This document shows, piece after piece, positions 17,701-22,630 of a stretch of 64,000 bases of DNA. Below the pieces are notes generated by a model that did not search any database, had not been told where the DNA came from, and saw nothing but the letters and a program-made list of their open reading frames with translations. Location of the stretch: IMG/VR virus record IMGVR_UViG_3300034101_006340, positions 96,001 to 160,000 of that record. One strand, written 5' to 3'. Both the position numbers and the translations under genes were made by a program. Origin of the DNA: a virus. Position 1 is the stretch's first letter. Each line of letters begins with the position of its first letter.

Positions 17701-20002
17701 TTTTAGTAGCATCAGTAAATAGTCTCACGTTCCCTAATGGTATTGTGTTTATATTACTGTCTAATTGTGTATTTGCTAATTGTGATGCTAGTGGAGCTGC
17801 CGCCGGAGAATCTTGACTTCCTAATATAGATGATGCTATAATTTTTTTTCCTATTTCTTTTTCGGAAACTGATTCTTTATAGCTTTTAATTTCAACTGGT
17901 GCCCCAGATGTATCGATTCCGTCTAGTCTAGCATACCGATTAGATGATAAAGCAACCCCTTCAACATCTCTTACAACATTTTGAAAAGCGTCCCCTCTTT
18001 TTGTAGGGGAGCGGGTTTGCATATATGTTGTTATCGAAGGAAGTTCTTTGTATCTTTGATCATTCTGAAGCTCAGACACATCGATACTTTGTGGAACAAT
18101 ATTAAAATTAAACTTATCTTTTGGATTAAATCTATTGGGCTTAGATCCTCCAGCATTAAATGGTTTACCTGATTCTTTGTCTAATTGTGATCTATCTAAT
18201 TGCACTTGATTTAATAGTTGGCTATTGCCCGCATATTTTTGAATAGGCCCCCCATAAGCATATCTACGACTTCTAGACGAGTATAATTTACCGCCAGAAT
18301 TGAAGCCCTCAAGATTTTTTCTTCCTGCTCTAGCTACCCCTGCTTTACTCATCACAAATTCACCAGGAGTCAACATTGCCGGAACACTATCTCTATTTCC
18401 AACTCCAGGAACACTACCGCCCTTGGCAAACCCAATAATTCCACCCATATTTGCTCGTCGCCCACCAGTTCCCCTAAAACCTCCGCCAAAACCTCCGGCA
18501 AATTGAGTAATAGCGCTTACGCCTCTAAATGCTGCCATCACACCTATAAGTGGTAATAATCCTTTAGTGGCATCTGCGACTTTGATCAATGCACTAGCTA
18601 AATTTAATCCTATCTTTACCAAAGCTTGAAAAGATTGGCTCTCTCCAAAGGATCTCATTAAGGCAGAAAATTCTTCTCGTACTTTTTGGAATTGTACAGC
18701 AAGTGCTAGTTGTCCTTTTGCTGCTTCTGCCGCCAATGACCCCTGACCAGCTTGTGCAATTTTTAATGCTTCTTGCGCCGTTGCAAATTGTTGAATAAGT
18801 GGAAGCACTTTACCGATTTGTCGGAAACCACCAAGTTCTTCTACAATTTCACTAAATTTTAAGTCTCGTGGATCTAACCTTCCTAATCCATCTGCTAATC
18901 TTCTAACCGCTTCGTATGGACCAACGAATTTGCCTTCTAGATCTGTTAATGTGACTCCATATTCTTTAAGAGCTTCAATAGTGTCTGCTCTTTGAATACG
19001 AGTAAAAATAGTTCTTAAACCAGTAGCGATAGTTTCTGCGCTTTCACGAGTTGTGGCACGAACACTTGTGAAAACAGCAATAAATTCATTTAATGCATCT
19101 GTGCCTTGACTAACGCCATTACTAGCAGCAGCAAACACACCACCAGTACGCTGAATAGCGGTAATAAGATCACTAGCTTCAACAGCAAACGCAGCAGCAA
19201 CAGCATTGATAGATCCTAATGCTCCTTCTAATTGACCGGCGCTAATTCCGAACTGTCTCATTAAAGCAATACTACCTTCAACAGTTTCATTTAAACTATC
19301 AAACGATGGAGCTAATGCGCTTTTTGCTAAGGCTTCTAATGCTTTTCTGGTATCATTAGCGTTTAAACCAGCTTGAGCTAGTGTAACAGCAACATTTGCA
19401 ATATCTGATGATGCAACACCGAACCCTGTGGATAATCTTGTTATTTCACCAACTAGAGAGCCTAATCCTGCTTTGGTTTCATTGGTAACTTGTGTTAATC
19501 TTACTATTTGCCTATCAAATTCAATATATTGTTTAATGCCAGCAGACAAAGCATTGGTAAAACCATATATAACTGATGTAACGCTACTAAAAGCAGCAAA
19601 ACGTCTAACTGCTAATCCAGCTTGTCTACCGAAATCTTCAAATTCAGTACGGGTTTGTGCGACAGCTCTTGCAGCATTTGTTGCTGCGTTTGCTGTAACA
19701 TTAATTTGAGCTGGTATATTATTAGGCAATCTAATATTGCCAACGCTAGCCATTGCAGCCGCTAGATTATTGAATGCTGTTGTAGCATTAGTAGCGGATG
19801 CTGCCGTTTGGTTAAGAGTAGCACTTAATGCATTAAGTCTTGTGTTTAAATTACCAACATTTCTACTTACTCTTGGATCTATATTAACATTAACATTAGC
19901 ATTAATAGTACCTAGTTGTCTGCGAATATTAGAAACTACTTGTCTAATATTAGCTGGACCCCTAAGATTAATTTCAGCAGTAAGATTAAATCCTCTAGCC
20001 AT
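2777..20002 (-). CDS. Giant tape measure protein (5741 aa) with TP901-type core and multiple cargo modules
   Basis: N-terminal TMP core (EFDRQIVRLTQVT...VAVTLAQAG...INAVAAAFAVEASDLITAIQRTGG...ESAETIATGLRTIFTRI); Ala/Gln-rich helical stretches; TMP-typical GTDTVPAMLTPGEFVV motifs; located downstream of the tube and chaperone genes. Confidence 0.93.
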   Translation of the reverse strand: MARGFNLTAEINLRGPANIRQVVSNIRRQLGTINANVNVNIDPRVSRNVGNLNTRLNALSATLNQTAASATNATTAFNNLAAAMASVGNIRLPNNIPAQINVTANAATNAARAVAQTRTEFEDFGRQAGLAVRRFAAFSSVTSVIYGFTNALSAGIKQYIEFDRQIVRLTQVTNETKAGLGSLVGEITRLSTGFGVASSDIANVAVTLAQAGLNANDTRKALEALAKSALAPSFDSLNETVEGSIALMRQFGISAGQLEGALGSINAVAAAFAVEASDLITAIQRTGGVFAAASNGVSQGTDALNEFIAVFTSVRATTRESAETIATGLRTIFTRIQRADTIEALKEYGVTLTDLEGKFVGPYEAVRRLADGLGRLDPRDLKFSEIVEELGGFRQIGKVLPLIQQFATAQEALKIAQAGQGSLAAEAAKGQLALAVQFQKVREEFSALMRSFGESQSFQALVKIGLNLASALIKVADATKGLLPLIGVMAAFRGVSAITQFAGGFGGGFRGTGGRRANMGGIIGFAKGGSVPGVGNRDSVPAMLTPGEFVMSKAGVARAGRKNLEGFNSGGKLYSSRSRRYAYGGPIQKYAGNSQLLNQVQLDRSQLDKESGKPFNAGGSKPNRFNPKDKFNFNIVPQSIDVSELQNDQRYKELPSITTYMQTRSPTKRGDAFQNVVRDVEGVALSSNRYARLDGIDTSGAPVEIKSYKESVSEKEIGKKIIASSILGSQDSPAAAPLASQLANTQLDSNINTIPLGNVRLFTDATKITGAGGSFKANSGKKKKFFGGLIQKFAVGGETEEIDPVIVEQYGEIGQIAIKNKKQDQSIQQAITDTLVKTLADLGNEAGIRDRGVAIPSNLQRKLRKDGILTGRLDPLVVAGILNKAKQVDTDEKTRKRGLRKVAIAGLQPIDYSSDKEWTLDLGPDNPLNGQKYTAMIRGFSKQYLGDVKKLRERQRQASLDFAKDTTATEALGPLSQTEAPIVGPIRPLAIDFDETLAFGTKMVDESGKEDIASYSLRDKVEASLAKARPSRLAQRLSEVEQKNPGIVRRLTRVLTARPQTTADLVAATLNRFGLPYQATDITGVSKGLGTNIAAGKAANLAAIEKFIDDNEENIKAAEKKGVQSYRYQEPESFDDQKMYTKTGEGNIEGSLLEQALAQKLGYQINVDALEATRAIDFPAGLGNAASLFNLPSNIETEVKRTLNGSAFDKARSEFERYFTENPDRFNLGGLVQGFEDGSPGGVKDRSTKNIRRGSRGPKGFVPLEPKQYELFAEQAYAQAGEYGGPGWGNHLGVPLPKPLAEYAQKIQQWVFESGGAGMSLGKKLVKIPDNIEPDAFEALKPDLIKQYDGWYSEIEEILPFGRATATKTPAASAREARANAALAAEAGNLVYTQAEEAIGSFKKTGQLSFDQAIDSHIQKSFPGYISQLQNDLASETDPDEKASIQRKLSKAQKALPDYQALLKGAAVPNQGRITGLSETLYALLDSYGSEVSDAEVDNIIRSMGMKLSKKNIGGPLSRFADGGYVPALLTPGEAVIGPKLAKSIGYAKLNKMNYADRYASGGGVGIVPGSGNTDTFGPVPLEVGSFVIRKKATEALGFNNGGRIQKFFFGGRGRRAPAARPDTVSAETIGASTQATTALTQLAETLQALGVNGSRSAALLNRSYQATAAEAERAAQADLAAARAAGAAADVIFDLETAVQQATTATQNEIAIRQQLGDISGAAIQDALGLVQQQVDRARAAAEATLRTTPSATTGVARTEEEVQAELRAGENDRRRQAYETVAFGGGVTGTSIDLDALGADGDDLARVFQILARDSRTLDQMNQRLTQTTRQRIEADLASGAIDEDTARARRAALDEEISARRRAVEGTAAAEGATSPGAVQGAEYQARTMRNMAIMTVGTLVADVLNTKSSATEAGVGGAIAGASQTYGATQQLIQEATNMADSLRATNPRMANFAGTIGRVAGRLQVLAVVAEAARQAYNAVRNFAIELEKKRVETAIEGLAEGFEKLNKDVNQIDLRNELQSKVITAAQAAERQRQMSQDSASAGLVNGLDVLSANLQSFFSGDITASRQASARGQILETEGIIPYLKTLFAGQQGLENIRGRTSAVSGRESAAIFKPVAENINQVIVSRIKAGESVEDILGGPEAEDFKRSLVMADASLATHIRSIELDTSLTEEARQARIKDLISITGTAMLRERSETALREKTQKNFGNLVGVYTRSLQRMFNNMDQAINATVFSLEKMKNSVELSTSAFQGQAQAGDINLGAKNIIQNPTAYSAPEVQRAASVGGALYGNRSAEMTQLATFGETITSSVMSTINNTLRDQGGNVTNEALTRIIDRNLKTTLKDLGLPPELADKLAKEVGDSITDIRKEGEDSVDYAKLSEKIAGLGSVTEVAKNAQQSVIKALEHYQSVLNQYTNNLNRIIELEVSARDRSRKSIQLVTDASLNLAKALGKTIKVADAFAKRDAEVAGQTGGLTDPTDIFNQFLALDTTRQMQQSSVRQSAEQGLAGAADFVKFNNELKNTNIALRENRAALEDMANNTEKASAALDAIQQAQQKAAGRVSFLEKIVTATPDELESTNNALIRLQRNINGQQNTIQNSIGAQRAYIQALESGASATEAMREAQAAFANERKETLGALQDILPFLGDSQQGNQVRANVLETMLQEAGMGVSPLMQQVLNSLRNPEQDPATAAAIQYYNQAIVEQSQATRLLGQLDATLADRIAQSNAKLIVEGLQQAVLTFQNAELRDIATNVNSIVSIMKAPPPAPGAAPAAPGIATGGLIYASAGQMVNFQPRGTDTVPAMLTPGEFVVNRKATQANLPLLQSINNGYANGGKVSYYAAGGFITNYGDRDKTLGAGQTLEKPILKDVDSNKIAWDIATSPLFALPDVYTSTYKMMASAIPGKEGYGLDSPNIIPGPPVPGYTPDIVRNDYEYSYKHNNALMNRASALSPAKPDDRLYFQDPALETIDKLSKNDAEKKAESIKTKFAGIETVTLPIATIDASNFGDPLKEGDVFSQTTNKITTSKQGKSAGVFYKTGRSPVMAGEVPIDSQELSGRPALGVYTQDTYAMYLGAGKPHAVASATKAKTNLQFLPESPYFGKDYSGDWNIVGTNVLKYPELATGQGLDLILADKIAETNVENAKLNELLINTREFLKGNLNYTEEGSKLQEILFGLFSNTIPSATLTNDSIGTNLSIFDGLQNVSAITVAQKSMEADFIKGLELARSNKAKASKEKVKFGIPGLAGPLDEFTLAEGFKITDTINGGETELPFMVNGAIDTYLGKGFAERASKQTLDDLINKSGIKTSTITDPIKLDLPANIRDVLPVGMGQGIDIPVQYTQYTGKLFDGAKKEFVGAPFTYLLPDKIDKTLFQQLDTERSRLFTNKKYTGADILANSNLADPNVGTAIADLLKAQLNKDPDYAAKQQAVKDLVRLSFKGGPVGLLKALDVPGGAGTAGRDIFAGFSDNAISVPIGDFFVDKLQSLQTMMAGAAAKVDNSAITKGKVFSDKENTQATLLMIRGAMQLFNNLGGLPTGWVANYGGTQAMRVAALGNYKDASSYMSGLFNQAGGYISQALMPKANSPQAANMLNNAYLMIGGAAGAFADIAQGNTSLLKQFYDQKANIADVFRSYGTSARFGKVGSMALSGDWQNLISTQLQGTKIQTVGRDGKLAASDLSVALPENANVNDLVKLIFNPYNEFPQTSTRKDLIQKFGNDLFNLRAENSTMPYFDPMTLSWIGDGLTRLMNWYGGIGDWVGQDYFFDTKAQPDNAARMAEFIDSYNKAGQDIYQKAQEAQVLFGLANNLGPLPSLNWFTSRAAAMGLEKPQPLATGGVVYASTGKLINFQPRGTDTVPAMLTPGEFVVNRSATQKHLPLLQSINSGSTPNQYSQGGVVYLAEGSKQPVAASDSLKNSINKAIEVTMESPQPEGVQPDNLKQALINDILKDLSEAGSSSMAQVETQEGIRIQKDLLPGGKLSSNKIPRVQQFSTDIQTLIGLKKQFGRADAMLAGLNVAGGADSPIDSIDLTNILSKDLQTLSIINPYLDDSWWIGENIKELFSWAGTTNDRKEFQTDASDQVRSLGPKLDIWHDILSKRTDLKGIDQRIKDLRQEHENLPRWTPAKTTKPITDEIAYLINNKPKWKAKQPEYQQRKSLLEDLISLRNIAGSGSTAALEGLIDMNLGVQSTSAKELSELSQLGMLPEDIRDEGLRKGSQIGLRNLLLTAAVAAAAPIALPAAAVGATAAALGTAGITIAGSVGGIMAASAADELIKTEKEKLLEKQAGYKSSAGTAEMLFDIADVALGGGALAAGPAGRLISKTKIGKLLKDGRAKILTRKGATETVEQTAKAADEVGTPAKTQVVDPMQQQSKMAADKIKAFVDERKTLSESIIRRESDPDFTYPVDGNGNNFAPIDYANARLKALNQRIKDGSLDTISDVDIKTAAEADFISRGGWNSVPPNRLSIERIQGQADEIIAGRKSGGKGGGGSYTQEAKARLIELDEQLVRRGDAAQAKKAADRLRRNSQDTLDKIKAERAAAKTADDATAKAADDAGVKPLDDTATTVKGPETYYTKGMFAGRRAQKFTEAVKNAREIYEASTKKIGNEVVDLFYQSGSGSALKDAATKNLADLKNNTVFDQAFKDAIGKGANETSAIQKALGEVPDTTIQDTLTKIKNNGFDIDSSGNLVLNDQATKIMMDDSLGKQLYDTKVAAMRQRVLDDMANKAGAKKPSADYDNLVKGFDDSDFPGFKPRSWPQFVKDNAIAFRSNKKSRLSTGLTILAGILAVWQLMKQAQEIQDAGRDRPMTREPIPPPEEGKVPPGGPDIGQPEQEAPRPEDFKEEAKVQAEAKKAIERPNYYDELTYKEFASQQIVAGNMPPAPDKNLFTTTAFYSKDKQGSYRTTAYDQRSTMVDQSVRGNALGQAKGEAATRTAASQVHTRTAAFAPGGAPMDMRDVEDQEAVGFAQEAGKARRRGEAAPEAEGFTPVAKFGQPSGKEEDMRDRNWAIRAQAERGGRKITGGKSPQSQYKSSYGWWRNRLGEFTYYSTKNDKIRDRWRQGYNIKTSSRGNTSQLQVDPEQLSSGGVVYANTGMLIPYQPRGTDTVPAMLTPGEFVVNRAATQKHLPLLKAINSGQRAMSKGGVVYLQDGGIPNLDSVASAFDAIGAVQGEDLAKLKEQGDRAARARADAESNRQGFYQCVAEKKSRLERDAQSERAAVRAEEEAKMNPDDEDRAKNARQIRMDYSSRLREIMDGFRKTSLAREDEAMQSSGLGRKELLEASPRFKIENEFRREKGDINTIQADSPLIDAFKNAVTTLLNATNGGADAQNNLPNMYAVTVPGMDIFYRNAGVSQTYLDREKRSTKFVKLDQEEQIARFEDKKTKERELDAQIRAECAGDDPVLKDLANKQAAAFQKGAERRIADRAARAQNKAFGGLIYASTGTLVNYQPRGTDTVPAMLTPGEFVVNRKATQKNLGLLRSINSNSYSGGGTVYLKKGGQAYEDEMASRRQSYKDQMKERKDSYEAEMQRRRDAYSSSKTKGVSYQQAYAEQQQANPNAREQAMMGQQAQGGGPGGAPAISPQVQQAVGQASQAAFDPSSYGDVNKQMVIFGTLLTGVNQVLVQYGATITQLNQALAGGGGGGVNGNGEAAQGAGGAQGGLAGLATFAQKFDTFVQQLQQLNIPPEVNVNLVQNKPWDINVNGADALKALIEGPLGNIVQDAIRQWENSNKDSKEGQQ
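3587..3649 (-). repeat. TMP motif QPRGTDTVPAMLTPGEFVVNR, copy 4 (aa ~5452)
   Basis: Translated directly; 21 aa identical to the copies at 4637, 8384 and 11543. Confidence 0.95.
4637..4699 (-). repeat. TMP motif QPRGTDTVPAMLTPGEFVVNR, copy 3 (aa ~5102)
   Basis: Translated directly; identical peptide, different synonymous codons. Confidence 0.95.
8384..8446 (-). repeat. TMP motif QPRGTDTVPAMLTPGEFVVNR, copy 2 (aa ~3853)
   Basis: Translated directly; identical peptide, different synonymous codons. Confidence 0.95.
11543..11605 (-). repeat. TMP motif QPRGTDTVPAMLTPGEFVVNR, copy 1 (aa ~2800)
   Basis: Translated directly. Degenerate copies also occur at ~18350-18395 (DSVPAMLTPGEFVM) and ~15395-15435 (YVPALLTPGEAVI). 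Confidence 0.95.
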
Positions 20003-20020
20003 AATTTATATTATACTCCA

Positions 20021-20061
20021 TAAACAAATAACGCCACACTATGAATAAGCATGGCGTTATT
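20021..20061 (-). terminator. Stem-loop between chaperone gene and TMP; probable intrinsic terminator/attenuator
   Basis: Perfect 10-bp inverted repeat AATAACGCCA (20027-20036) / TGGCGTTATT (20052-20061). It extends by 4 pairs (two G-U) in the minus-strand RNA and is followed by UGUUUA. Confidence 0.55.
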
Positions 20062-20092
20062 ATTAAACAAATGATTATATGAGATACCAATA

Positions 20093-21004
20093 CTACGCAC
20101 TAGTAGCGCTAACCGGCTCGGAAACTGGAGTTGGCTCAGTGCTAGGCGTTTCATTTGTAGCAACTTTTTCTTCCTTATTAGAAATTACAGGTTGTGGGAC
20201 TGTTTCCTCTTCAAAAACAACTGGATTGCCATTATCGTCTAAAAATGGTTGAGCATCAACAACATATTCACCAGCCTCATCAACTTGATTACCGTCTCTA
20301 TCTACAAACTCACCAGCCTCATTAATATATCGACCTTGTTCGTCTATTAGTCTACCTTCGCCGTCAACGGTACGACCCTTTTTATCAATAAATCGTAAAT
20401 CATCATTTACAAACTTGTATTTCTTTAAGAATTTATTTTCTGGTAAATTCTTTTCAAAGTTATTATCTAATCCATAAATCATATTAGCCAATTTTTGAGC
20501 ACCCGAAAGAGCCACAGGATCATCTATGCGACTCATATAGTCTTCAAGGCTTTCAAAATACTTTTTATCACTATCTTTATACACCACACAAGCACTAACT
20601 AAATAATTAAATCTAGCATTATCAGCTTGACCTTCGGCGCTATGGTTGTCTAAACTAGTACGAACGCTAATAAGTTCTCGGATCTTATTTCTTACTTCTC
20701 TCATTCGAATAGCTAGCTTCTTAGCTTCACTAAGTGAAAAACCACCTTTAGCCAGTTTTCGCTCTCCGTCTAATAGTTCTTTCTGAAGACTAGTATATTC
20801 TTGCTGCTTTTCAGTATTCCATAAACCCTGATCTTGCAGTAAGTCGTCCATCTTTGCCCTTACAACGCTTTTGCTCTTAATAGCGTCTGTAAAAGCTTGA
20901 TTATATACTTTTTGTCCTTCTCTTTGATCTACTAATGATGGAGATCTAACTGTGAAAGTCTTTTCTTCACCATTAACTACTACTTTGAAATCCTCGGTCT
21001 TCAT
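20093..21004 (-). CDS. Probable tail assembly chaperone (303 aa)
   Basis: Immediately upstream of the TMP; acidic/helical; AGGAG RBS; C-terminal D-x-x-G repeats and a Pro/Glu/Thr tail. Confidence 0.6.
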   Translation of the reverse strand: MKTEDFKVVVNGEEKTFTVRSPSLVDQREGQKVYNQAFTDAIKSKSVVRAKMDDLLQDQGLWNTEKQQEYTSLQKELLDGERKLAKGGFSLSEAKKLAIRMREVRNKIRELISVRTSLDNHSAEGQADNARFNYLVSACVVYKDSDKKYFESLEDYMSRIDDPVALSGAQKLANMIYGLDNNFEKNLPENKFLKKYKFVNDDLRFIDKKGRTVDGEGRLIDEQGRYINEAGEFVDRDGNQVDEAGEYVVDAQPFLDDNGNPVVFEEETVPQPVISNKEEKVATNETPSTEPTPVSEPVSATSA

Positions 21005-21015
21005 AAAGGTCTCCT

Positions 21016-21366
21016 TTAGTTTTTCTTAGAATTATTACATTGACAGTTTCGTGAACATGATTTAGAATCTTCTGGTGCAACGGGGAACTTGTATGAGTAT
21101 CTTTGTTTGATACTTCCTTCTCCCCACTTATCAAAATCTTCTTTTGCATTTCTTATTTGAGAATTACCCTGATTTAATATTTGGTTGCGTGTTCTTTCCC
21201 AATCATCAGCAAAAGCTAATTGTTCTGCCGTAAGAGGTTCTTCTTCATCTAAAAAATGACCCCATAAATGTCCAAAGTTTTCTTCAAATCTACTAAGGGC
21301 TCCAATCATAATAGTTTGCATTCTTTTTTCAACATAGTATCGAAGTCTATCAGATTCCATTGACAT
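21016..21366 (-). CDS. Hypothetical protein in tail operon (116 aa)
   Basis: Own GGAAGG RBS, tightly packed with neighbours; no recognised motif. Confidence 0.75.
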   Translation of the reverse strand: MSMESDRLRYYVEKRMQTIMIGALSRFEENFGHLWGHFLDEEEPLTAEQLAFADDWERTRNQILNQGNSQIRNAKEDFDKWGEGSIKQRYSYKFPVAPEDSKSCSRNCQCNNSKKN

Positions 21367-21380
21367 AAAATTTTCCTTCC

Positions 21381-22424
21381 TTATCTCTTAGTATTAAGTT
21401 TTTGTAATTGTGTCCTTAAGTCTTGTTGAACATCTGGTAATTGAGCGTCTTTGATCGATCCTTGTGCGCTTAATACAGTATCCATTTTTTGTTTTAGTTT
21501 ATTTGCGCTTTCTATCGAATTCAATCCAATAATATCCTGAACTTGTTCTTGATTATTAGCCATCAAGAACACCTCGTTAGCCTTTCCAATTTTTCCAGTC
21601 AACATATTATTTACACCTTTTTCATTTTTTTGTTGTTTATTTGATCTTGATTGTGTGATCATCCATCCTTCCAAAGCATCATCATCATCTATAATTTCTT
21701 TATTCGGACATTCTGGATGTTCATATATTCTATCATACATTAAAGAAACACTTAGTATACCTTTTTGCTCTTCCGTTAATTCACTAGCGCTATATGGAAA
21801 AAGATGTAATTTATTAACAGTATAATAATTTCTCCAACAATCACTACGAGCAACTAATTTAATCTGGCTGAGATCTAATAAATTTTTACTAATTTCTGCT
21901 GTAATATTATCAAATAAAATATTATCTATATCATTAATATCAAAAACTAAATCATCAGTATGAAAATGATATAAACTATTACATATAATAAAAGCGTGTT
22001 TAATATTGCTGCAATAGTTTTCTAGTGTTAAAAAATCTAATAGATGTTTTGATGATAATAACTGACTATATCTAGTAACCAATGAAGATAATTGTTTTTT
22101 TATATTTTGTCTTTTGGTTCTATCAAAAAAATTTTGAAATAGTTCAACTTTAGAATTTTCTATTTTTTTTTCTATTGAAACTAAATCCCCAGAAAATTGA
22201 GGATATAATATGCCTAATTCGTAAAGCATACTTTCTATATCATCAGAACCTAAAAAAGATTCAGAATATAAATTATCTTCATATGCTATCTGATATTTTA
22301 ATGCGGCTTCAAGTTTAATGTCCGTTGAAGCTGGACGCAATTCGTAAATATTATTATCTAGGCATAAAATTTGCTTACCAGATAGTATCCTGATAACAGT
22401 GTTTTCTAATTCCTGTTGATTCAC
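21381..22424 (-). CDS. Tail-chaperone-like protein (347 aa), N-terminal half paralogous to 20093-21004
   Basis: GTG start overlaps the upstream TGA. Manual alignment to the 303-aa protein (LRPAS/VRSPS, AYED/AFTD, LGI/QGL, LD...E...N). Confidence 0.55.
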   Translation of the reverse strand: MNQQELENTVIRILSGKQILCLDNNIYELRPASTDIKLEAALKYQIAYEDNLYSESFLGSDDIESMLYELGILYPQFSGDLVSIEKKIENSKVELFQNFFDRTKRQNIKKQLSSLVTRYSQLLSSKHLLDFLTLENYCSNIKHAFIICNSLYHFHTDDLVFDINDIDNILFDNITAEISKNLLDLSQIKLVARSDCWRNYYTVNKLHLFPYSASELTEEQKGILSVSLMYDRIYEHPECPNKEIIDDDDALEGWMITQSRSNKQQKNEKGVNNMLTGKIGKANEVFLMANNQEQVQDIIGLNSIESANKLKQKMDTVLSAQGSIKDAQLPDVQQDLRTQLQKLNTKR

Positions 22425-22573
22425 TTCTCGATCTGCTTGCTAATGATAGATTGCTGAATTTCAGCAATTTCCTTATCTCTATTACTAACTTGTTTTTGAA
22501 GCTCATTAATAATTTTTTGAGCTTGAATTAGATCAATATAAAGTCTACCTACTATCGCTAGTAGTTCGTCCAT
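22421..22573 (-). CDS. Small coiled-coil protein (50 aa), below the ORF-track cutoff
   Basis: AGGAAGG RBS, then MDELLAIVGRLYIDLIQAQKIINELQKQVSNRDKEIAEIQQSIISKQIEK*; its stop overlaps the next start (GTGA). Confidence 0.75.
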   Translation of the reverse strand: MDELLAIVGRLYIDLIQAQKIINELQKQVSNRDKEIAEIQQSIISKQIEK

Positions 22574-22630
22574 AACTATCCTTCCTTTGTGGTCTTAAAA
22601 TTTATCTATTAACTTAATTTATAAGCTAAA

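Noticed and set aside
2777-20002. Higher GC in the TMP than in the fibre genes as a sign of horizontal acquisition
   Set aside because: Explained by Ala/Gly/Gln-rich composition versus Asn/Ile/Tyr-rich fibres.
20093-22573. Programmed -1 frameshift between tail chaperone genes
   Set aside because: Each gene has its own RBS or coupled start, and I saw no convincing slippery heptamer at their 3' ends; not exhaustively excluded.
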